Part shown: piece after piece, positions 9,088 to 18,997 of the stretch
How the letters are laid out: every line of letters starts with the position of its first letter
Position numbering within the stretch: the stretch's first letter is position 1
Virus record (IMG/VR): IMGVR_UViG_3300030329_003925
Span: 1-64,000 of that record
Origin: a virus
Reading direction: 5' to 3' (one strand)
DNA length: 64,000 nucleotides
Notes under the pieces: generated by a model
The model's input: the letters and a program-made list of their open reading frames with translations, nothing else
What the model was told of the DNA's origin: nothing
The model's database searches: none
Position numbers and translations under genes: made by a program

Positions 9088-9807
9088 TTATGGTAAATCA
9101 ACGCCATTAATGCTGGCTATATTTGCTTTTGCAATGGCGTCAATTTTGGTGATATTGCTTATCGACACGCCATCTATTTTGGAGACCTCTGTCGCCAAAG
9201 TGTATTCGATTATGGGATCTGTGCCAGTGCCCGAGTAGTCTTCATAATACTGACCTGCGTATACAGCAACGACACCGGGGCTGCTGTTCGTATAATCATA
9301 GTCATATTCTACCACGCATATTTGAAAAGCACTGTTGTTTTTAAGATCCAATAAGGCTTGTGCGTTAAGAGTTATGTCATTGTAGCCGCTGGTGCTCCAA
9401 GTGGTCACTTCGGATGAATAATCAGTAACATTGCCACTCATGCTTGCGCCAGCAGAAAAGCCCGGAATAGCATCAAAGTCTGCGGTTGTCAAGGCAGTGC
9501 TGCCATCTGTGTTCGGGGCAGAAGCTTTGACAATTATAACATCGGCGCTGTTGTTGCTGTAGCCATAAATCTTTAGGGTTGCTGAGGCGACTGTAGCTGA
9601 AATTCCGCTGCAATCAAAATAGTAGAATGAACGTATAACGTTGCAAGCCGTGCCCACCCTTCGTACACCCGTTGCGATATTAGATCTGGTCAGCGTCGAT
9701 GACGCGGCGGCGCCAGTGGTGGCATCACGGGCATCTGCCCAGAAAGTTCGACCGGATGCGGCTGATCGAACATATCCATCATTAGATGCTGCTGTGAGTG
9801 TGCCCAT
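9088..9807 (-). CDS. Putative tail/virion structural protein
   Basis: S/T/G/A-rich beta-type composition; C-terminal SKIDGVSISNITKIDAI repeats; downstream of the fibre gene. Confidence 0.6.
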   Translation of the reverse strand: MGTLTAASNDGYVRSAASGRTFWADARDATTGAAASSTLTRSNIATGVRRVGTACNVIRSFYYFDCSGISATVASATLKIYGYSNNSADVIIVKASAPNTDGSTALTTADFDAIPGFSAGASMSGNVTDYSSEVTTWSTSGYNDITLNAQALLDLKNNSAFQICVVEYDYDYTNSSPGVVAVYAGQYYEDYSGTGTDPIIEYTLATEVSKIDGVSISNITKIDAIAKANIASINGVDLP

Positions 9808-10445
9808 TACATCACCACCTTGGGCATAATATAGACGGGAGAGTTATAATAGACTCGCGGTACAGGCTCGACAGCAATGTGTTCATACGAGATGTTGTAA
9901 GAGTCGCCAAATCCACACCATTCCCCCGTTTCCTCAACAGTGGGGTTCCAAAAAGTAACGTGGCACCCTTCTTTGACACTATCAACTATCGAGGAAGCAA
10001 AAAGCTCCCAGTGCCCGAAAGCACCGTAGGTATCAAAGAAAATTCCATCAAATTGCCCAAGTGCAGCTATCTCCTCAATCCAGTCGCCTTCGACTATCGT
10101 TACGTTGGGCTTATCAGCAGCCCATTCTCTGGCTTTTTCAGCTAACTCTGGATGGAGTTCGATGATGGTATGGCTGTCCGGGTTGTGAGACTGAATATAG
10201 TCTGAAGCAATCCCCATGCCGAAGCCAATTTCCAGAATATCTCCTCCATTCTCGCAAATAAATGCGGCTGATCGTTCCATGACGGGAGCCTCCCATGACA
10301 TCATGATTATAAGTTCTTGATCTTCATGAACCGCGTCGTACTCTGGATCGTCTGTAAAAAAGCTATCGTCAACACCCTCTAGCTTGTCCCCGATATAGGT
10401 TATCCTATCGGGGTAAAAATTTATTTTTGCCTCTTTGTATCCCAT
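9807..10445 (-). CDS. Class I SAM-dependent methyltransferase (GAMT/Rmt2-like)
   Basis: MMSWEAPVM, ILEIGFGMGI, HTIIE, FDGIFFDTY. Confidence 0.85.
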   Translation of the reverse strand: MGYKEAKINFYPDRITYIGDKLEGVDDSFFTDDPEYDAVHEDQELIIMMSWEAPVMERSAAFICENGGDILEIGFGMGIASDYIQSHNPDSHTIIELHPELAEKAREWAADKPNVTIVEGDWIEEIAALGQFDGIFFDTYGAFGHWELFASSIVDSVKEGCHVTFWNPTVEETGEWCGFGDSYNISYEHIAVEPVPRVYYNSPVYIMPKVVM

Positions 10446-13312
10446 TACGCAATTACCACATGGGTCTTGTCTGGGTCGAAGTAGACAAGAACATCGTTGC
10501 TATCATCATCGATGGCATAACCAACAATACGAACAAAATCATTTGTTGCGGAAGGTGCTGTGAAGTCAAAGTGTCCTGCTGTTGTCGAAACATAGAGTGG
10601 CAGACCATCCACAGCACCTGAGCCGGGGAGGTTTAGTATTTCTGTTGATGGGATTTTAATAAAGCCCTTGGTCAATACACCAACTGTTTGTGATGACCCT
10701 CCAAGTCCAACGCCAAGCATTTGACTTGCGCCTGTTGCAACGGCATCAGCATCGGTTGAATCCCAAGTGCCATCTGTGTGCAGGAAGTATATTTGTCCAG
10801 CAGTTAAAGTGTCGTTTGCACCGGGAGAGTATCTTAATATATCGGCGCTTCCGTATTCTCCATCCGCTAATTGGCTTTCAAACGTTGTTCCATTGAAATC
10901 ATTAATGGTTGCAAAGCCTTGCTTGTGAAGCGCGTCGTCCGCACCTATTGTAACTGTATCATCCCCGGCATCAACAAAGAGCATGTGTGTATTGTTATAT
11001 GATTCAACACGGAAGTCACAGTCGATGCCGGATTCGTTGACAACAACTTGACAAGGCGTTGAATTTGCAACGTCTTCGCCTCCGATATCCAGCAGACTTA
11101 TTTGCCCGGCGCTGGTTTCGGTGCCGCGGCACATGACTAAGAACCTAAGTAAGCCGCCTTCATCGTCTTGTGTAACATCGGAGGCTCGTGCCACAATCTG
11201 CGCGTATGTGGCCACAGGACCGGTGGATCGACCCTCGAACTTGATCGCTCCCAAGTCCATATCGTCCGCTTCAGCTGTCGCATCCGAGCGATTAAATTTA
11301 AGAATTGGTGGTTTATCTGTTGCGGCATTAGAGTTTCTTAGCTCCAAAAGTGCTTCTGTTTCGGCTGCCGTGGACTCAACTAATAGAATCGGATCGTCAT
11401 CCCCGCCGATGGCGTCATTAACAAGATGCATAACAACAGTACCGACAGCAGCAGTGTTATCATTCTTGACTGTGACTAATGTTCTTGCGTTAGTGTCTGA
11501 CGAGTCAGAAACAAGGTTTAGGATACCGCCTGTTGTGAGGGCGTCGGCTGTGATGTCAAGGGCTGTCCCTGTCGTTACCGCATCAGCATCAAGCTCGAAA
11601 ACAACGCCTGTCGTCTGTTCAGAGTCTATCTTAAGGGCTCTGGCGGCTGCATTTGCTGTTGTATCGAAATCAATATACAAGCCGTAACTTGCGGCGGAAC
11701 CTGCTCTATCGCCGTCTTGGACTATCTTGACCAAGCTGCCAGCGCTGTCGCTTGTTCCGGTGTCGGAGATGGACAGTCCTGTACCAGTTGTTCGACCGTT
11801 GAAGACAGCCGAGATGCCGAAGCCTGTCGTAATCTGCCGAGCGTCAACACTGACAACTGTGCCTGTCGTCTGTTCAGAGTCGATATACAAGGCTTTGGCA
11901 GAGGTATTTGCTGTTGTATCGAAATCAATATACAAGCCGTAACTTGCAGCGGAGCCTGCTCTGTTGCCTGTTTGTGTAATCTTGACCAAGCTACCTGCGC
12001 TGTCGCTTGTGTTTGAATCTGAAATGTCTAGTGCTGTACCGGTTGTTCTTGCATCGGCACTAATTGAAAGAGCAGTGCCTGTCGTTACCTGATCTGCGTC
12101 AAGCTCGAAAACAACGCCTGTCGTCTGTTCAGAGTCTATCTTAAGGGCTCTCGCTGCTGTTCCAGCAGTGGAATCAAAATCGACCAACAAGCCAACATGC
12201 TTGTTTGAGTCATCTCCCCTGTCGCCATCAGAGTGAATTTTGACAAGCTCTGAGTCCCCACTTTTATCCGTGCTTGTGCTTGTAACACGGAGAGCCCTCC
12301 CGGTGGTAAGGCTATTTGCAGTGATATCAAGAACATGTCCGGTTGTTTGTGCAACACCGGGGATCCCGACTCCGCCGTTAGCTTTGGTTGCCGCTAGTTC
12401 GATGTAATGCCCCTTCATCTCAAACGCGGCGCCATTGTATTGTTTGATATGGGCAAATTCTATTGCATCATCGCCCCGATCTGCAATAAAGTTCAACTTC
12501 GCATCACCGCCGTCATTATTGTTCAAGATCGTGAAGGTTTCACAGGAAGCCGAAATATGTGATCCTGAAAGTGCAAGGCTCTGGTTGTTTGAGGAGCCTG
12601 AGATTATGAGAGCGTCTGAGCCGTCTTCGTCATATTCTATATGGGCATCATCAGCGTTACCAAAATTTAATTTTATATCGTCTCTTATGCGCGGGGACAC
12701 AAGGAAAGCAATCACCTCAGAGCCGTTCGTTGTGTTGAAATTTATGTATTGGTTTGTCGCTTCTTGAATAGAGAAGGCGGTAGAATCATTATCTGGGATA
12801 TAGATGACCCCATCGTTGACAAAGTTGATAGACCCAGAAGTTGAGCCATCAATCAAGATGTTGGAGCCAGTTAATTCTCCAAGATCTGTACTTCCAGTTA
12901 CAGTAAGAATGACAGTTGAGCCAGCGCCGTTATCTGTTAGCGTCATACCATCGCCAGCGCTCAAGACTCTTTCGTTTGAGAGGCTTCCGTTAGCAGCAAG
13001 AGTTACATATTGAGCATCAGTCGGGGCACCACTCCCACCGCCAGCAGTTAGGTCAACCTCATTACCATGGTCGTCTTGGTAATATAAATTATTATCTGTC
13101 CCCTTCACATACAGAGACCCTGTTCCCTCATTTGGTGTTGGCATTGCGGATGCCGATGCGACAGGGATTAAAATTGGAGAATATAGGTTAACGACACTCC
13201 CCGACTCGGATGTCATGAAGCTTGCACTTGCGAAAGTGATATTGCTGCCGCTTGTCATCGTTGTACGATTTTGCGCCATAGCCTTTTTTACGTCTAGTCT
13301 AAAGTTTTTCAT
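10445..13312 (-). CDS. Putative tail fibre/spike protein with 85-aa internal repeats
   Basis: G/T/S/D-rich; APTDAQYVTLA...ERVL, DCDFRVES and C-terminal FVRIVGY...YFDPD segments typical of phage fibres. Confidence 0.75.
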   Translation of the reverse strand: MKNFRLDVKKAMAQNRTTMTSGSNITFASASFMTSESGSVVNLYSPILIPVASASAMPTPNEGTGSLYVKGTDNNLYYQDDHGNEVDLTAGGGSGAPTDAQYVTLAANGSLSNERVLSAGDGMTLTDNGAGSTVILTVTGSTDLGELTGSNILIDGSTSGSINFVNDGVIYIPDNDSTAFSIQEATNQYINFNTTNGSEVIAFLVSPRIRDDIKLNFGNADDAHIEYDEDGSDALIISGSSNNQSLALSGSHISASCETFTILNNNDGGDAKLNFIADRGDDAIEFAHIKQYNGAAFEMKGHYIELAATKANGGVGIPGVAQTTGHVLDITANSLTTGRALRVTSTSTDKSGDSELVKIHSDGDRGDDSNKHVGLLVDFDSTAGTAARALKIDSEQTTGVVFELDADQVTTGTALSISADARTTGTALDISDSNTSDSAGSLVKITQTGNRAGSAASYGLYIDFDTTANTSAKALYIDSEQTTGTVVSVDARQITTGFGISAVFNGRTTGTGLSISDTGTSDSAGSLVKIVQDGDRAGSAASYGLYIDFDTTANAAARALKIDSEQTTGVVFELDADAVTTGTALDITADALTTGGILNLVSDSSDTNARTLVTVKNDNTAAVGTVVMHLVNDAIGGDDDPILLVESTAAETEALLELRNSNAATDKPPILKFNRSDATAEADDMDLGAIKFEGRSTGPVATYAQIVARASDVTQDDEGGLLRFLVMCRGTETSAGQISLLDIGGEDVANSTPCQVVVNESGIDCDFRVESYNNTHMLFVDAGDDTVTIGADDALHKQGFATINDFNGTTFESQLADGEYGSADILRYSPGANDTLTAGQIYFLHTDGTWDSTDADAVATGASQMLGVGLGGSSQTVGVLTKGFIKIPSTEILNLPGSGAVDGLPLYVSTTAGHFDFTAPSATNDFVRIVGYAIDDDSNDVLVYFDPDKTHVVIA
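11590..12200. repeat. Degenerate 255-bp tandem repeat (about 2.5 units) inside the fibre gene
   Basis: 11591-11641 identical to 12101-12151 (510 apart); 11651-11692 identical to 11906-11947 (255 apart). Confidence 0.85.
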
Positions 13313-13315
13313 GCC

Positions 13316-13744
13316 TTAATACCATACTGGATTATCGAACCTTTTCATCGTCGAATAAAAATCATCGATAATCTGTCTATCCTCATCACTATAAATACCA
13401 CCGGGAGCAATAATTATTTTGTCATTTCCCACATTCGCTTTGATCTCGGCATTATAAGCCACATGACCAACGGGAACAAGGTCGCGGGAAGGATCTGCAC
13501 TCGGGACAATTACAAAGTCCCAGCCCATATCATCCGCAGGATTTATAAATTCTGACCACTCACCGTAATCGAATAATAGTTCTTTTGGCTCTCCACGAAA
13601 CTTCTTCATAGAGCCTTTGGGAAAATCAATGTGCATCTTCTGGTCTGGGTTGTCGCGGATGATTGCGATCATCTCATCCCTTGTCGGCACAATTGTCTTT
13701 TCTTCGTTCAAGAATTTCTTCCAATTTTCATAAAGCTTTTCCAT
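13316..13744 (-). CDS. Tagged inorganic pyrophosphatase-like protein
   Basis: MEKLYENWKKFLNEE tag; IDFPKGSMK, DYG...ADDMGWD and NDKII resemble family I PPase motifs. Confidence 0.55.
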   Translation of the reverse strand: MEKLYENWKKFLNEEKTIVPTRDEMIAIIRDNPDQKMHIDFPKGSMKKFRGEPKELLFDYGEWSEFINPADDMGWDFVIVPSADPSRDLVPVGHVAYNAEIKANVGNDKIIIAPGGIYSDEDRQIIDDFYSTMKRFDNPVWY

Positions 13745-13745
13745 G

Positions 13746-14192
13746 CTACACCATCATGATAATGCAAGCCACCAGATTATTGCTCATATGACACACAAGA
13801 GAAGCCTTAATGTTGCCTGTCTTATATTTGAACCACCCCAGAAGGAAAGAGATTGGCAACAAGCCTAAGACATGTAACAGGTCCACATGAATGAGAGCAA
13901 AAAGAATGCTGATGACGATATAAACTGTTTTCTCTTTCAGGAACCTCGACATGAAATTCCACAGAGCACCTCGAAAGATGGCTTCTTCAATAAGTGGAGC
14001 CACCACGATAATACAGAATAACATGAAATACTGTAAAAATCCATAAGTTTCTGCTCCAAAAATACCATTCACCATTTCTAGGTTCTGGGACTGAGTGCTC
14101 GGAACTAAGTTGGACAAGAGTGTCACAATAAAAGCAGGAACAATACTGATTAACGCGCCTCCCAGAAACGCTTTGGTGTAAGGGTATCTCAT
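13746..14192 (-). CDS. CPBP/Abi-family intramembrane glutamic endopeptidase
   Basis: EEAIFRG, FALIH, HMSNN motifs and several TM helices. Confidence 0.9.
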   Translation of the reverse strand: MRYPYTKAFLGGALISIVPAFIVTLLSNLVPSTQSQNLEMVNGIFGAETYGFLQYFMLFCIIVVAPLIEEAIFRGALWNFMSRFLKEKTVYIVISILFALIHVDLLHVLGLLPISFLLGWFKYKTGNIKASLVCHMSNNLVACIIMMV

Positions 14193-15070
14193 TTAATCTC
14201 CTCCAGCATATTGGCTAAGTCTAGACCGGCGCAATCTATCTTTTTTGACGTTATATTGTAGTGATTACAAAAGCCGTTAAATCGCCCTTTGTAGACCTCG
14301 TAATTTACCCCAGTGTCCAACCCCTCGGAAGCCATTGGAGCCACGAGAGGTACCTTACAAGCCAAGGAAACGGCTTTCCACAATGCCTTGGCAGCGTCAA
14401 GCTGAACTGGGTAGAATCCAAGGTGGGTTTCGAGAGGTTTTCCATGTACAATTGCATCAGTGATGACAGGTCGAGGACCAAAACGTTTCGTATACCAGTC
14501 TTGGTACTTTGGGTAGAACGCGTTACTAATTTCGACGCCAACACTCTTGGTGTTGACTATGCTGTTGCCTGCGTGCCATGCTCTGTGTTGCATATCGAGA
14601 AGTTGATAGATTGTTCCGTCATTGTCGATGCAGAAATGTACACTTACTTTACGCTTATTGAGGACGCTGGCGCACGACTTGGAACTCAGACAAACATCCC
14701 AGTGATTGACAAACATTGAAATGTCTCTAGGCTCTTTGCCTGAGTAGTCGGTATAAGTGCCCTTATTCATCCGCAGACCACCGGGCTCATCCCATGTCAC
14801 CACCTTATCCCATTCAATCGGAAAGAATTCGCCATTATAGACGATGTGCTCACCTTTGGGCTCATAATCGTCAATATTGGCTTGACGATCAGTGAAGATG
14901 CGTCGATAAGTCGAGGGTCCACAGAGACCATCAGCCGAAAGACCAAGGCTTCTCTGGAATTCCATAATTTTCTCAACGAGCTTCTCGTCGTAGTCATCTG
15001 CGCCAAACCAATCAGGCTTCCACCCGTAACGTCGGGATGAATTCAAATTATATTTTATTTTGCTGTCCAT
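14189..15070 (-). CDS. N-acetylmuramoyl-L-alanine amidase with peptidoglycan-binding domain (probable endolysin)
   Basis: FQRSLGLSADGLCGPST; SVHFCIDNDG, RAWHAG, SVGVEI, H...KIDC. Confidence 0.9.
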   Translation of the reverse strand: MDSKIKYNLNSSRRYGWKPDWFGADDYDEKLVEKIMEFQRSLGLSADGLCGPSTYRRIFTDRQANIDDYEPKGEHIVYNGEFFPIEWDKVVTWDEPGGLRMNKGTYTDYSGKEPRDISMFVNHWDVCLSSKSCASVLNKRKVSVHFCIDNDGTIYQLLDMQHRAWHAGNSIVNTKSVGVEISNAFYPKYQDWYTKRFGPRPVITDAIVHGKPLETHLGFYPVQLDAAKALWKAVSLACKVPLVAPMASEGLDTGVNYEVYKGRFNGFCNHYNITSKKIDCAGLDLANMLEEIK

Positions 15071-15091
15071 TGTCTGCTCCTTGCGATAAGA

Positions 15092-16606
15092 TTACCACCT
15101 CGATATCGGGTACATCGATGGCGGCGTGCCAGCCCCAATTCTTTGAAGCTCCATATGTTTCTCGGCTACGGCAGCTATTTTCTCGGGAGAGTCTCCAACA
15201 CGGAATTTGCCTTTGGGTCGATTATCGCCAGCAAGTTTAGATAATTTTTCAAGCGTTTTATAGGGAGTTTCTAAATTTCTTGCAATAGCCATTCGAATCC
15301 AACCATTTGCGTCTTCTTCACTGCTAAGACTGCCAAGTTTATCGAGCGTTTCTGGTGGGGTGTTTTCGTTCTTGGCAACAGCGGAGCGAATATACTCTTG
15401 CAGACTCCAATGTGAGTCTCGTTCGCCATCTTCACTCGCGAATGGCATGGATGCAAGCCTAGCCAATACTTTCGGGTACTTGGTCCGAGCCCCCAGTGTG
15501 TGTCGAACGGTTCCATCTTCATCGCCTTCATCGACATCTGCCAACGTCATGTGAATACCTTCTTCTGCGCTGGGGTTAGTGGCAATGTTTCGCCATATCT
15601 GAGTAGGGTTGCTTCCATGATAATGCACTATCAAGTCATATAAGACGCTGCTTGGGGTGTTCTGATTGCCAGCAATGTTTGTCAGCACGCCATCATCGTC
15701 AATGGCGATTGATGCTTGGAGCAGAGACTCTTTTGCCAACTGCTTTAATTCTTCGGGGTCAGTTGAGTTCTCTGCGCGTTCTCGTTTTTTCCAGTCGTTG
15801 ATAACATCATATTTTTCCGCTGCTCCAGTGGCGATTAGCATGTCTACCAATTTAGTGGCTTGCTCAGACTCAACGCTCCAATCATCCTCATCCATAAACT
15901 GTTCAGAGCCAAAATGAAATTGATATCTTGATCCACTCTCTTTGTGCTCGAAATAAAACAGTGGATCTTCTTCTTCGTAATATTGCTCGAAATAATCCAA
16001 GCCGGGAGCGGCAGTACACCATTCAGTACCTTTTCCAAGCTCACAGGCTGCGCCTTTATTGTGGATGGCATAAATTTTCCATTCTTCATCGTCCCGAAAG
16101 ACTTCGGTGCCCTCTTCGGCATCCATATATTTCTTCTCGGCTTGGTATGCCTTTATTTTGGGTTCTGCCTCGGCATAAACGTTCAGGAGATCGTCCAAAG
16201 TGTGTATGGTGAAGATGTCTTTCTTCTCCATGAACCGATGCCACTGAAAATAGAGTTCGAGATAGTGTCTGGTGATTCCAAGAGAGTCAGAAACTTTGGG
16301 ATCCCACAGTGTATCTGCAATTTCCTTATCTTTTAGTCCTCTTGATAAGATCCATTCGAGAGCAGTGCCTCTTTGGTTGTCGTCGAGGTCATCAGGAACC
16401 ATGTGTAACAAAGCTTTGGCGATCAAATCCGCCTTATACTCTATTTCGTTTTTTGAGAGCTTGAGCGTTCTGGATTCTGGATCCCATGCACGATTCTTGA
16501 TAAAGCTGCGCAAAACCTTGGAATTCTCCATACGATCTACCGCTTGTTCAAAAGATATTTCGGTGAGGAGAACGAATTTTCTCCACTCATTGAAGATTTC
16601 TTGCAT
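15092..16606 (-). CDS. Tagged protein with GTEWCTA domain and LRV-type (NxNTP) helical repeats
   Basis: MQEIFNEWRKFVLLTE; ACELGKGTEWCTA; repeats AGNQNTP, AKNENTP, ARNLETP. Confidence 0.65.
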   Translation of the reverse strand: MQEIFNEWRKFVLLTEISFEQAVDRMENSKVLRSFIKNRAWDPESRTLKLSKNEIEYKADLIAKALLHMVPDDLDDNQRGTALEWILSRGLKDKEIADTLWDPKVSDSLGITRHYLELYFQWHRFMEKKDIFTIHTLDDLLNVYAEAEPKIKAYQAEKKYMDAEEGTEVFRDDEEWKIYAIHNKGAACELGKGTEWCTAAPGLDYFEQYYEEEDPLFYFEHKESGSRYQFHFGSEQFMDEDDWSVESEQATKLVDMLIATGAAEKYDVINDWKKRERAENSTDPEELKQLAKESLLQASIAIDDDGVLTNIAGNQNTPSSVLYDLIVHYHGSNPTQIWRNIATNPSAEEGIHMTLADVDEGDEDGTVRHTLGARTKYPKVLARLASMPFASEDGERDSHWSLQEYIRSAVAKNENTPPETLDKLGSLSSEEDANGWIRMAIARNLETPYKTLEKLSKLAGDNRPKGKFRVGDSPEKIAAVAEKHMELQRIGAGTPPSMYPISRW

Positions 16607-16671
16607 ACAGATGGACCCTTTACAGTTAAATAGTTTTGATTTCTATAAACTGCAAGGAATGATTTCGTTGC

Positions 16672-17361
16672 TTACTTTTGCGATTTTAAAAATTCCTCCA
16701 CTGCGCTAACCGGCACAATCAACCCAACATCCTCGATAATGGTAGGAAGATTTGTAAGATCTGTTCCAACGCTTACCGCTGAAACAACTCCGACAATCTT
16801 TCCGTGCCTATCGAGAACTAGAGAGCCAGACGCCCCCTTCCAAATATAGGAATGAACAATGGTCATGAAGCCATCATATCCAGCAACATACCCTTTAATC
16901 GTAAGCAGACCCATTGAGTTTGGGTACCCGCTGTAAATTATTTCGTCTCCTATGTTGTGTTGGCGTGCAACGCGCCACCGAACTGGCTCTTTCGTCATCA
17001 TGCCCGCAATCGACACCAAAGCAACATCAGAATAAGAATCGAGGAACACTACTTCACCGATAATTATTTCTTTGTTGCCCGTTATCATCGCAGTAGGAGA
17101 GCCGTCCACCACATGAGCGGCAGTTAAAATATAATGCTCCCCTTTGTGGGTGACGTAAGCGCCACTTCCGCTTATCTTGTTACCCCATTCGTCAAAAGAC
17201 GCAATCTTGACCGCTGCATTTCTGCTTCGGTGCTCCAAACCGCTGTTAAACAGCGAAACGTGTTCAATGCTTTCGAATGTAGGAAGCGTATCGATATCAC
17301 AATCAACAGGCGTACACCCAAACAGCATAGACACTAGAACTAGCCTAGTTAAAACCCCCAT
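16672..17361 (-). CDS. Trypsin-like serine protease, lipoprotein signal
   Basis: LFGC lipobox; LTAAH, DVAL, GASGS triad. Confidence 0.9.
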   Translation of the reverse strand: MGVLTRLVLVSMLFGCTPVDCDIDTLPTFESIEHVSLFNSGLEHRSRNAAVKIASFDEWGNKISGSGAYVTHKGEHYILTAAHVVDGSPTAMITGNKEIIIGEVVFLDSYSDVALVSIAGMMTKEPVRWRVARQHNIGDEIIYSGYPNSMGLLTIKGYVAGYDGFMTIVHSYIWKGASGSLVLDRHGKIVGVVSAVSVGTDLTNLPTIIEDVGLIVPVSAVEEFLKSQK

Positions 17362-17439
17362 AATCTTATCCCCCTATTATTATATAGGGGACGGAAAGCA
17401 ATAATTCGCTAAACGTCGTAATTTAGCAATCTTTCGAGC

Positions 17440-18372
17440 TTAAACGTATTCGTCCACGTCTTTTTTGAGAGTGGTTGCGTTCTTCTGAGCTTTTAAAGCC
17501 GCTTGCTTAGCGTCTGGAGAGTTCAGAAAATATGTGTTGACGTTTCGTGACAACTTATCCATCTGGTCATAGATCTCTGTGAGATTGTCACCGAGTTGGT
17601 CGGCATACTTTTGCGCAATCTTTTTAATGTTCTCTCGGGACCCTAAATCGAGTGTCCCCAAGAAATACTCGTCTTTTTCAATGTCTCTCGTATAAATTCC
17701 ACTGCTTAAATCATACGAATCAAAATCTCCCGCAAACCCGCCTTCCCTATTTCCTATCGTAAACGAATAGAAATCAATACTCACGACAGTTCCGGTTTTG
17801 TGCTCTCTATTTTTAAGCGCCACAATATATTTTATTGGCTGCTGATATTTCTCAATTGCCGTTTCCAAGTTTTGCCAAGAGCCCTTGATATATTTGGGAC
17901 CCGCAAACAGCAACTTCAGACTCAGGGGCTGTCCTTCTGCGTCGAGGAGATCTTCAATAGCTTGATAGCGCCCGCCCGGTGTGGGAACCTGACGAGCCTG
18001 ACCCCCTAAAAGCACAGCCAAGATAGATTCGAATAAGAATCCGCCCGTCTTATCGTTAAAATCGTAGATTAAAGATGCAAGAGAGTCCAGAAAAACAAGA
18101 TTGCCGAGAATCTCAGGAATATCCTTGGTGGCTACACAGGCTTCGTCACAATCTTTTACAAACTGCTGAAGAGATGCGATTTTTTCACCCAGCGTGTTAC
18201 CTTTGATTTTGGACGTAAACATTTCAATAATCTGACGATCATCGGTTCCCGGCTCACCCCACTTCTCTGAAATTTTAAAGCTCGGAAGGGAAATGGTTCC
18301 CTTTTCACCGCCTTTTTCCAATTGGGCTTCTTCGGATAGAAATTTATTCCAATTTTCGAATAAGAGATTCAT
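17440..18372 (-). CDS. Tagged protein, possible restriction-endonuclease-like (PD...SxK) fold
   Basis: MNLLFENWNKFLSEE tag; GFLFES...IEDL...LSLK pattern. Confidence 0.45.
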   Translation of the reverse strand: MNLLFENWNKFLSEEAQLEKGGEKGTISLPSFKISEKWGEPGTDDRQIIEMFTSKIKGNTLGEKIASLQQFVKDCDEACVATKDIPEILGNLVFLDSLASLIYDFNDKTGGFLFESILAVLLGGQARQVPTPGGRYQAIEDLLDAEGQPLSLKLLFAGPKYIKGSWQNLETAIEKYQQPIKYIVALKNREHKTGTVVSIDFYSFTIGNREGGFAGDFDSYDLSSGIYTRDIEKDEYFLGTLDLGSRENIKKIAQKYADQLGDNLTEIYDQMDKLSRNVNTYFLNSPDAKQAALKAQKNATTLKKDVDEYV

Positions 18373-18992
18373 TTTTTGACAAGCTCCTTATTAACTATGT
18401 CGTAGCCGTCAACAACGCCAATGTTAAAATAGTCGAAACCGTCCAGAAGTGCTATCTTTTGCTCGGCAAAGTCCCCCAGCATATTATATACGCTCACCTG
18501 CCCAACCACTTCTGTAAACAAGGCTGGTGCTGCTGCTGGGGGTAAAGTCTTTAAGTGTGCATTGTAGGCTGCATACTCGCCCCTCAAGGTAAATTCTGTC
18601 CCCCTTGAGCCAATTGCTTGAATATGTGACATATAATCGTGGATGGCTCTAAACTTGGCATTCGTAACTTCGTCAAAGATGTCGTGATCAGCATCAATGG
18701 TGGCGATTCTCATCTTGCCGGTTGTATTTACTTCATCACGCAGTTCTTGTGCCGATTCATATGGGTGATAGTCTACGAACTCCACGTCCACTCTTGATTG
18801 AATCTGTTTAAACATCTTTTCGATAAAAGGAACCATAGCTTCGAAACTGGGAACAGCCCTTTGTTCAAATTTTGGAGCAGCCATATAAGCATCGGCAACA
18901 AGTTGAGCATACAAGTCCCAGCCGTTAGGACCGGGCTTGAGCATCAGCTTCTCGTTGAGGAAACCTCTCCAATTTTCAAAAAGGTTCTGCAC
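18369..18992 (-). CDS. Tagged hypothetical protein with a His-rich metal-binding-like motif
   Basis: MQNLFENWRGFLNE tag; FRAIHDYMSH...GEYAAYNAH. Confidence 0.6.
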   Translation of the reverse strand: MQNLFENWRGFLNEKLMLKPGPNGWDLYAQLVADAYMAAPKFEQRAVPSFEAMVPFIEKMFKQIQSRVDVEFVDYHPYESAQELRDEVNTTGKMRIATIDADHDIFDEVTNAKFRAIHDYMSHIQAIGSRGTEFTLRGEYAAYNAHLKTLPPAAAPALFTEVVGQVSVYNMLGDFAEQKIALLDGFDYFNIGVVDGYDIVNKELVKK

Positions 18993-18997
18993 TAGTT

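Noticed and set aside
11590-12200. Fibre repeats as a DGR template/variable pair
   Set aside because: They are tandem in-frame repeats with no adenine-specific pattern noticed, and no reverse transcriptase is in the window.
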